Source: Candidatus Muiribacteriota bacterium (GTDB lineage Bacteria > Muiribacteriota > Muiribacteriia > Muiribacteriales > Muiribacteriaceae). Taken from it: DNA of 34,075 nucleotides. Below the pieces are notes generated by a model. It saw only the letters and a program-made list of their open reading frames with translations. It was not told where the DNA came from and ran no database searches. The stretch lies in contig JBNJGP010000023.1 in the NCBI GenBank assembly GCA_051747805.1, positions 1-34,075 on the forward strand, given 5' to 3'. Positions within the stretch are counted from its first letter, which is position 1. Each line of letters starts with the position of its first letter. Below are positions 27,529 through 34,075 of the stretch, one piece after another. The position numbers and the translations under genes were made by a program.

Positions 27529-27888
27529 ATGGATGCCAAATTTGAATTTAACGTACCAAATCTAATTGAGTCAAACAAAATCTTTAAAGAAAAAGTCGAT
27601 GAACTAATCCAAAATCCATCATATTTTATCGAAAATGAAATTGAATGGAAAAAACTGCTTCGACTTCGCGACAGATTAAAAGACTCAAACACCACAAATC
27701 ATCATGTAGCAAAGTTTAACCACTTTTGCACAAAAAATGTTGATTTACTTTATCATCTTCCATCTTTTAAAGAAAGACCACATTTTTACTGGTGGAATCA
27801 TCTTGACCTTGTAAAAAAAGGGGATATGAACATCAGACTTGAAAAAGCAGAAGTAAATTATAACGGTGTAGGGTACAGCATAGAGTAA
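27529..27888 (+). CDS. Hypothetical protein
   Basis: A GGAGG SD favours the ATG at 27529 (MDAKFEF...) over 27517; contains RPHFYWWNHLD. Confidence 0.7.
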   Translation: MDAKFEFNVPNLIESNKIFKEKVDELIQNPSYFIENEIEWKKLLRLRDRLKDSNTTNHHVAKFNHFCTKNVDLLYHLPSFKERPHFYWWNHLDLVKKGDMNIRLEKAEVNYNGVGYSIE

Positions 27889-27891
27889 AGA

Positions 27892-29826
27892 TTAAGAAAT
27901 CTTTACTCCAGCTTCCATATCTTTATCTAGAGTAATCAGGGTTAATGCTTTTTTGTTTTTTGCAGCAAGAAGCATACCCTGAGACTCAACTCCCCTGAGT
28001 TTTACAGGCTTTAAATTATTAACCATTACAAGTTTCTTATTTAATAAGTCCGCAGGCTTATAATAATCAGCAATACCTGCAACCACCTGTTTTTTCCCCT
28101 GACCATTATTAACCTTAACAACAAGAAGCCTGTCGGCATCAGGATGTTTTTCGGCCTCAACAACCTCTGCAACACATAAGTCAAGTTTTTTAAAATCATC
28201 AAACTCAATTAATCCAGTCATATCATCTTTACTTTCATTTTTTTTCTTCTTACTTTTTTTATTTTCCGGGCTATCCTTTTTATCATTATCCTTTATTTCA
28301 ATACGTGGAAACATAGGCTTTGTAACCTGCAGCTCAAGTTTTTGAGGAAGATTCCCCCATTTTATAACATCTTTAAAATCAACTCCCTTAAAATCAAAAT
28401 CCAGATTAATTTCTTTCATTATTTTATTACTGGTCTCGGGAATAACCGGATAGAGTAAAATAGAGGCAATACGAACAGACTCAATAATATTATATAAAAT
28501 AACATTAACAGATTTAAGTTGATTACCCTTAAAAGCCTTCCAGGGCTCAGTTTTGTCAATATATTTATTGGCATTTTTAACAATTTCTATAGCACAGTCA
28601 ACCGCGGCCGGAATTTCAAATCTGTCCATAAAAACGGAATAATTTTTAACGTTTTCATTAACAACATCAATCATATTGGCATAATCCCATTCTTCTTCAT
28701 GAAGACCTGAAATATCAATCGTGCCATTTAAATACTTTTTAACCATATTTTTTGTTCTATGAATTAAATTTCCAAGATCATTAGCAAGGTCAGAATTATA
28801 TCTTTTAATAAATAAATCCCAGGTAAAATCGCCATCACGCATCATACCCACCTCGCTCATAATATAATATCTTAAAGCGTCTGCTCCGAATTTTCTGGCA
28901 ACATCCATAGGATTAACAACATTACCAAGACTTTTTGAAATTTTTTCCCCTTTCATATAAATAAAACCATGGGCAAGCATTCGTTCATAAAGAGGAATTT
29001 TTGCAGCCATAAGCATTGCCGGCCATATAATACAATGAAATCTGGTAATATCCTTACCTAAAATTGTAGTATTATTTTTCCAGTATTTTTCAAACATTTC
29101 TTCATCGTCTGCAAAACCAGGTGAAGTTATATAATTAATTAAAGCATCAAACCATACATAAACAACATGTTCAGGGTCAATAGGAAGTTCAATCCCCCAT
29201 TTCAGAGTAGAACGTGAAATAGAAATATCATCCAGTCCATCATCAAGCACCCTTAAAATTTCATTTCTTCTACTTTCAGGAATAAAAATATCTGGATTTT
29301 TTTTATATAATTCAATAAGAGGTTGTGTAAACTCAGAAAGTTTAAAAAAGTAGTTTTCTTCGTACATTTTTTCAGGAGGCTTACCATGATTAGGGCAGTT
29401 TCCATCTACTAAATCCTTTTCTTTTAAAAAAGCCTCGCAGCCTACACAGTATAAACCCTCGTATTTGGATTTATAAATATAACCATTATCATAAATCTTT
29501 TTAAAAAGCTTCTTTACAGCTTTTTCATGGCGTTTTTCTGTAGTTCTAATAAAATCATCATAAGAAATATTAAGCATTTCCCAGGTATCAATAAATTCCT
29601 GTGCATTTTTATCCGCAAGCTGTTTTGGGGAAATACCAATTTTTTCTGCCTCTTTAGCCACTTTAGAACCATGCTCATCGGTTCCAAGAGTATATCTAAC
29701 ATCAAAACCTTTAATTCTCTTATATCTTGCAATTACATCAGCACCAATCTTTTCAAGAGCGTGTCCTATATGGGGTTTTCCATTAACATAATCAATAGCA
29801 GTTGAAATATAAAAAGGTTTTTTCAT
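27892..29826 (-). CDS. metG: Methionine--tRNA ligase with C-terminal tRNA-binding (OB) domain
   Basis: YVNGKPHIGH, GTDEHGSK, one Zn knuckle CVGCE...CPNH, YVWFDAL, GKDITRFH, KISKS (KMSKS variant), NLKPVKLRGVESQGMLL. Confidence 0.97.
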   Translation of the reverse strand: MKKPFYISTAIDYVNGKPHIGHALEKIGADVIARYKRIKGFDVRYTLGTDEHGSKVAKEAEKIGISPKQLADKNAQEFIDTWEMLNISYDDFIRTTEKRHEKAVKKLFKKIYDNGYIYKSKYEGLYCVGCEAFLKEKDLVDGNCPNHGKPPEKMYEENYFFKLSEFTQPLIELYKKNPDIFIPESRRNEILRVLDDGLDDISISRSTLKWGIELPIDPEHVVYVWFDALINYITSPGFADDEEMFEKYWKNNTTILGKDITRFHCIIWPAMLMAAKIPLYERMLAHGFIYMKGEKISKSLGNVVNPMDVARKFGADALRYYIMSEVGMMRDGDFTWDLFIKRYNSDLANDLGNLIHRTKNMVKKYLNGTIDISGLHEEEWDYANMIDVVNENVKNYSVFMDRFEIPAAVDCAIEIVKNANKYIDKTEPWKAFKGNQLKSVNVILYNIIESVRIASILLYPVIPETSNKIMKEINLDFDFKGVDFKDVIKWGNLPQKLELQVTKPMFPRIEIKDNDKKDSPENKKSKKKKNESKDDMTGLIEFDDFKKLDLCVAEVVEAEKHPDADRLLVVKVNNGQGKKQVVAGIADYYKPADLLNKKLVMVNNLKPVKLRGVESQGMLLAAKNKKALTLITLDKDMEAGVKIS

Positions 29827-29909
29827 TTTTAAAGCTCCTATATAAAATTTTTTATATTTTACAAAATAAAATGAAATTAATCAAGAAATCAGAAAACAGA
29901 AATTGAAAA

Positions 29910-29940
29910 TTGACGATCTGACCCCAAAGCCAGACCGTCA
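29910..29940 (-). terminator. Putative intrinsic terminator downstream of the S8 protease
   Basis: On the minus strand, TTGACGGTCTGGC pairs with GTCAGATCGTCAA (two G-U pairs), followed by TTTTCAATTTCTGTTTTCT. Confidence 0.7.
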
Positions 29941-29949
29941 AAATAAGAT

Positions 29950-32526
29950 TTATCTTTGTAAATTTAAAATAGCTTCAAGTAAAACAGGATTATTTATTTC
30001 AATACTTCTTTGAACCTGTTCTAAATCCTCTGCCGAGTAGTTTCTGTAAATATCCTCAGCAAGCATATCAGTATAGTATCCAATTACTTTAGCCTTTTCT
30101 TCTTCTGAGGCAAATTCCATATTTTCAAGTTTTTGAAGTCTTAGAATTTTATTTTCAAGAGGAGCTTCAAGTAAATCAAAAACATAACTTAAAACATCAA
30201 CCCTGTTGTCTTTTGTATCAATAGCCTCAAAACCAAAACCAAAATAAACAGTATTATAGTCGCCTGAATAGTAAACCGCGGCATTCTGATTAGTTCCTTT
30301 ATAATCAAAAATCACTTCACTCTCATCAGTAGAAGCAATAGCATCAGCCCATTTCTGATTATTTGCACCAGAACCACCTTCAATATCAAACTCAAAATCC
30401 TGACCAGTTATAGTTCTTGAATCAGCATTATCTTCGATAAATTCAGCCTTAAGATAATCAGCATAAAAATCTTTGGACTTCATATTATATCCAAGATCCT
30501 GTCCAGTAGCAAACAAAGAGCCACCATCATCAAGATAACTTGATAAAATCTCTACATCAGAATTTGTAAATGTATTTGAAGAAACATCAGCAGTTGACCA
30601 TATTACAGTGTAGAAAGGATAAATATGTTTACCTTCAACAGGACCGTCTTTTGAAACATTATGATAATAATAATCAACGCCAAGTTCATCAAGAGCCTCA
30701 AAATAGTATTCTGCATAAGAATCTTTAGAATCCTTGTCAATAAATACAACAGGCGGTAATTGAGCAAGCTCAACATTTAAATTTGTTGAAGATGTGTAAT
30801 TCTGAGTTTCAAGCTTTTTGGATTCATAACCAAAAGCATTAACAACAAGAGAATACGAACCGGCAATAACTTCTAAATCAAAATAACCATTACTATCAGT
30901 TTCAACAGGTTCAAACTCATCTATTTCAACAATATCAATTCTTGCTTTAATACCATTACCAGTAATACCTTCTTCTTTAACCTGACCAGAAATTGAAATT
31001 TTAGGAGCCTCGTTCATAGTTACATCTAATTGAACAGTCTGATTGGCAGAAACATTAACTTCTTTTTCAACAGGAGTATATCCAAATTTATTAAATACTA
31101 AAGTATTTTTACCAGGGAAAACAAGCAATCTGAAATCCCCGTTTTCATCAGCATAACTAACTCTACCAGTTTCTTTAACCTTTATTTCAGCAGCAATATT
31201 TTCACCAAAAGTTGAAACATTACCTTCGACAAAAGCAGCTTCTTTTGCAAGCCTTACAGCCATATAAGCATCCAGTGTGCCATGACCATAAGCATAATCA
31301 TATCCAGGGTCACCAGCATCATGAGTAGCATTAATTAAAATTTCTCTTAAATCTGTAACCCCAAGGTCAGGATTGGCAGAAAGAGCCAATGCAACAACGC
31401 CAGCTGTATGAGGACTAGCCATTGATGTACCAGACATAGTTGTATATCCACCAGAGGCTCTTACAGAATAAACATCAACACCAGGTGATGATAATTCAGG
31501 TTTATTAACCTCTTCACCATTATAAATTCCAGGACCTCTACTTGAAAATCTGGCAATAGTATTTGAGTTGTCAATAGCACCTGAAGCAAAAGAATCTGGA
31601 TGTTCTTTAGGTTTTGTTATAGATGAAGATGAAGGACCTGAGTTACCCGCTGAAAATGCCGGAAAAATACCAAGTTGAATCCATCTTTCAAACATTCTGT
31701 AATACGCATCCTGATTACCCGAACCCGAATGCCATGAACAGTTTACAACTCTAGGGAAAAAATCAGAGTCTGGATTACCATCAGGATTAAGCATATACTC
31801 CATAGCACCTAAAAGATCAGAAGACCAGCCGTCAATACCTTGAGCAATTATTAGCTTAGCCTCAGGAGCAACACCAATATGTTTACCTGATTCATTGCCG
31901 CCAGCAATAGTTCCGGCAACATGAGAACCATGACCGTTAGAATCTTTAGCATCTTTCCATTCTGATTGAATAGAACCACTTTTCCAGTAACCAACAATCT
32001 TATCCTTGTCTTTAAACTCAGGATGATTATATTGAATACCTGTATCAATAATACCAACTAAAACGTCCTCACCTTTATGACCAAATTCTTCCCATACCTG
32101 AGGCACGTTTAAATTTGTAAGACCATAAGTAAATTCATCAGAAGCATCTTCAACCATAGGTCTTCCAATATTAACAGGCTGCTCAATATTTTCAACAACA
32201 TCTTTAACAATGAAATCAACCTCTGGATAATTTTCAAGAAGATAAACATCTCTTTCGTCACCCTTAACAGCAACAGCATTAATTGACCAGAAATGTCTGA
32301 TAACCTCTAAATTATGCATAGCACCAGTTCTATAGTTAAAAGAGTCCAGTGTCTGCTCTGAATTTTGCTTTAAATCCCTGATAACCTGCCCACGATTAGA
32401 CATATCATCATTCATTCTATTAGATACTTCATTTACGTCATTAAAAAATATAATATAACGACTAGATGCAGAAACCGAAAGTATCATAATCAGAACGAAA
32501 ACAAGAATAAGATTTTGTTTCTTCAT
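29950..32526 (-). CDS. Secreted multidomain S8 subtilisin-like protease (propeptide, catalytic domain, carboxypeptidase-regulatory-like Ig domains, C-terminal alpha/beta domain)
   Basis: Signal peptide; VGIIDTG (Asp), HGSHVAGTIAG (His), FSAGNSG and SGTSMASPH (Ser). The AGGAGG SD favours the ATG at 32526 over the TTG at 32535. Confidence 0.93.
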   Translation of the reverse strand: MKKQNLILVFVLIMILSVSASSRYIIFFNDVNEVSNRMNDDMSNRGQVIRDLKQNSEQTLDSFNYRTGAMHNLEVIRHFWSINAVAVKGDERDVYLLENYPEVDFIVKDVVENIEQPVNIGRPMVEDASDEFTYGLTNLNVPQVWEEFGHKGEDVLVGIIDTGIQYNHPEFKDKDKIVGYWKSGSIQSEWKDAKDSNGHGSHVAGTIAGGNESGKHIGVAPEAKLIIAQGIDGWSSDLLGAMEYMLNPDGNPDSDFFPRVVNCSWHSGSGNQDAYYRMFERWIQLGIFPAFSAGNSGPSSSSITKPKEHPDSFASGAIDNSNTIARFSSRGPGIYNGEEVNKPELSSPGVDVYSVRASGGYTTMSGTSMASPHTAGVVALALSANPDLGVTDLREILINATHDAGDPGYDYAYGHGTLDAYMAVRLAKEAAFVEGNVSTFGENIAAEIKVKETGRVSYADENGDFRLLVFPGKNTLVFNKFGYTPVEKEVNVSANQTVQLDVTMNEAPKISISGQVKEEGITGNGIKARIDIVEIDEFEPVETDSNGYFDLEVIAGSYSLVVNAFGYESKKLETQNYTSSTNLNVELAQLPPVVFIDKDSKDSYAEYYFEALDELGVDYYYHNVSKDGPVEGKHIYPFYTVIWSTADVSSNTFTNSDVEILSSYLDDGGSLFATGQDLGYNMKSKDFYADYLKAEFIEDNADSRTITGQDFEFDIEGGSGANNQKWADAIASTDESEVIFDYKGTNQNAAVYYSGDYNTVYFGFGFEAIDTKDNRVDVLSYVFDLLEAPLENKILRLQKLENMEFASEEEKAKVIGYYTDMLAEDIYRNYSAEDLEQVQRSIEINNPVLLEAILNLQR

Positions 32527-32560
32527 TATACTCAATCCTCCTAAAAAATTTTTGTACTTA

Positions 32561-32589
32561 ATTATAATTAAAATGAGTTAAAAAATCAA
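32561..32589 (-). promoter_or_regulatory. Putative sigma70 promoter of the S8 protease
   Basis: TTGATT-17 bp-TATAAT on the minus strand. Confidence 0.5.
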
Positions 32590-32664
32590 CATAAATTTTT
32601 TCACTTTATTTTTGTATACAATGTATTTCGTTATTTATCTTTTTGCTTGTCATCCCGGTGATGT

Positions 32665-32713
32665 CACGAATAGTACTCGTTTCACTCGTGTGAAAGCAAG
32701 CGTTGCTTGCGTT
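32665..32713. repeat. Copy B of the dispersed 49-bp REP-like element (inverted relative to 17433-17481)
   Basis: Its reverse complement AACGCAAGCAACGCTTGCTTTCACACGAGTGAAACGAGTACTATTCGTG matches copy A at 47/49. Confidence 0.88.
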
Positions 32714-32756
32714 AAAAGAAAAATTTAATAATTTTTTATTGAAAGAAATATAAAAT

Positions 32757-33023
32757 TTATAAAAATTTAATATCATCTTTTTTATCATTACCATAAACAG
32801 AACGCTCAGTATATTTTTTAGCCCTAAATTTATAACACACAAGAGAATCTCCATCATCTTTTTTTAAAACCTTATTTAAATCCGAAATCAAACCCTCATA
32901 TTTCGCCTGGGTAATCTCACCCTCAAAAACTGAATTCTGAACCCACTGCAAATATTCTCTGCACTTTTTTAACATTTTACCACATCTTTTTGAATTAACG
33001 TCATAGTATAAAATTACAAACAT
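32757..33023 (-). CDS. cas2: CRISPR-associated endoribonuclease Cas2
   Basis: MFVILYYDV...CREYLQWVQNSVFEGEIT, directly after cas1; the likely start is the ATG at 33023. Confidence 0.95.
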   Translation of the reverse strand: MFVILYYDVNSKRCGKMLKKCREYLQWVQNSVFEGEITQAKYEGLISDLNKVLKKDDGDSLVCYKFRAKKYTERSVYGNDKKDDIKFL

Positions 33024-33025
33024 AA

Positions 33026-34021
33026 TTACCACTCCATAACAAATGGATTATAGTCTTCTTCTTCCATTAAATGTTTTTCCAGTTTATAAAGCTCCATCCT
33101 TATAAGCCTTCGATAACTAACATGTCGATTTAATTTTTTATGTTTAATAGTCTTTTTCAAGTGTTCTTCAAGCTGCTCCAAAAATTTTTTCTTTCCTTTT
33201 TCATTCATCATTATTCCATTTAGTTCAGAGCTGAAATCATTTTCACTTAAAATATTTTTATTAAGACAAGAAAAAATCGTTCTATCCCCAATTATTGGCT
33301 TAAAAATTTCAGCAACATCGAGATTTAGGGTAAATCTTCTAAAATTTGTGGTATGCAAATAACCTATTCTGGGATCAAGATGAGTATGATATATTTCTTT
33401 TAAACAAAAATTATAAATCAGCGAATTAGCAAAACTAATTAAAGCATTAATATAATCTTTTGGGGGTCGTCTAGTTCTTGCGTTAAATTTAAAATCTTCA
33501 TTATTGATAATCTTATTAAAGCATCTATAATAAAGCTGTTTAATCTGCCCTTCAAATGCCATTAATTTCTCCACTGAAAGGGATTTTAATGAAACATATT
33601 TTAAGTTCTCCATCTCTGCTATTTCTTCAGTCATAGCTTTATCTCTTCTGTTATAATACCTTAAAATTTTCAAAGAGTTCGCCGCAGCCCCATCAACAAA
33701 CTGTTTAGCAAGAAAAAGCCTTTTATTATGCTCAGAATAATACTCACATTGCCTTAAAATCATAAATCCTGAATTATAATGCTCTCTTGGATAAAATGTT
33801 CCCATATAATGCCCATAATAATTAAAATATGAAAGCATTATTTCTTTCTGACTTAAAAATTCAAGAACTTTTTTATTAACATCTATTTCACCAAATACTA
33901 ATATTTCTTTTACATTTTCAACAGGTATAAATTTTTTATTACCCTCTTCGTTCTGAAAAAATAAAGTGTTGTCTTTTCTTTTTAGTCTGCCACTTGTAAA
34001 AATATAAATTGTTTCTTTCAA
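33026..34021 (-). CDS. cas1: CRISPR-associated endonuclease Cas1 (type I-B-like)
   Basis: YIFTSGRLKRKDNTL, FNYYGHYMGTFYPRE, EG, RRPPKDYINALISF, THLDPRIGYLH, LDVAEIFKP; TTG start with GGGAG SD. Confidence 0.96.
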   Translation of the reverse strand: MKETIYIFTSGRLKRKDNTLFFQNEEGNKKFIPVENVKEILVFGEIDVNKKVLEFLSQKEIMLSYFNYYGHYMGTFYPREHYNSGFMILRQCEYYSEHNKRLFLAKQFVDGAAANSLKILRYYNRRDKAMTEEIAEMENLKYVSLKSLSVEKLMAFEGQIKQLYYRCFNKIINNEDFKFNARTRRPPKDYINALISFANSLIYNFCLKEIYHTHLDPRIGYLHTTNFRRFTLNLDVAEIFKPIIGDRTIFSCLNKNILSENDFSSELNGIMMNEKGKKKFLEQLEEHLKKTIKHKKLNRHVSYRRLIRMELYKLEKHLMEEEDYNPFVMEW

Positions 34022-34056
34022 GGAAAAACTCCCATTTAATTTTTTAACCTAAAGTC

Positions 34057-34075
34057 TCACGCCCAGCAGAATTCA
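34057..34075 (-). CDS. cas4: Probable C-terminus of Cas4 (partial, runs off the window)
   Basis: The minus strand reads GAA TTC TGC TGG GCG TGA (EFCWA*), matching the terminal Fe-S Cys motif of Cas4, in the canonical position upstream of cas1. Only 5 codons are visible. Confidence 0.65.

Noticed and set aside
29827..29909. T-box or SAM riboswitch upstream of metG
   Set aside because: The region is too short and AT-rich and shows no consensus elements.
18291..32057. Other nested ORFs in ftsK, fliI, fliG, fliF, metG, the 27529 gene and the S8 protease
   Set aside because: They lie largely or fully inside supported genes and have no motifs; shadow ORFs.
32714..32756. CRISPR repeat remnant (ATTGAAAG)
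   Set aside because: A single 8-mer in very AT-rich DNA with no second repeat or spacer periodicity.
32606..32857. 83-aa ORF overlapping cas2
   Set aside because: It overlaps cas2 out of frame, runs through the repeat element and has no recognisable motif.

Overview
AT-rich bacterial chromosomal window (standard code 11; genes end in TAA/TAG/TGA) from a flagellated, probably LPS-producing diderm organism. In order it contains: the 3' part of an S8 subtilisin gene; a hypothetical protein; a GT4-like glycosyltransferase and an LpxL/HtrB-type acyltransferase; an ABC ATPase/permease pair; lptB, a DUF3084-like gene, a hypothetical gene and an SPL-like radical SAM gene; a secreted NlpC/P60-like hydrolase divergent from a STAND ATPase-TPR-winged-helix protein; a minor-pilin-like cluster (TPR, PilV/W/X-like, FG-GAP protein); a ~600 bp structured intergenic region; a minus-strand run fliE-fliF-fliG-fliH-fliI-fliJ-hyp-motE-like-uppP-ftsK; a small hypothetical gene; metG; a second multidomain S8 protease; and a type I-B-like cas2-cas1-(cas4 tail) adaptation module with no CRISPR array in the window. 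The most unusual signal is a 49-bp element present twice in inverted orientation (17433-17481 and 32665-32713, 47/49 identical). It is built from short-loop mini-hairpins, and one copy lies just after cas2, where a leader/array often sits. All family assignments come from motif recognition by eye; no searches were run.
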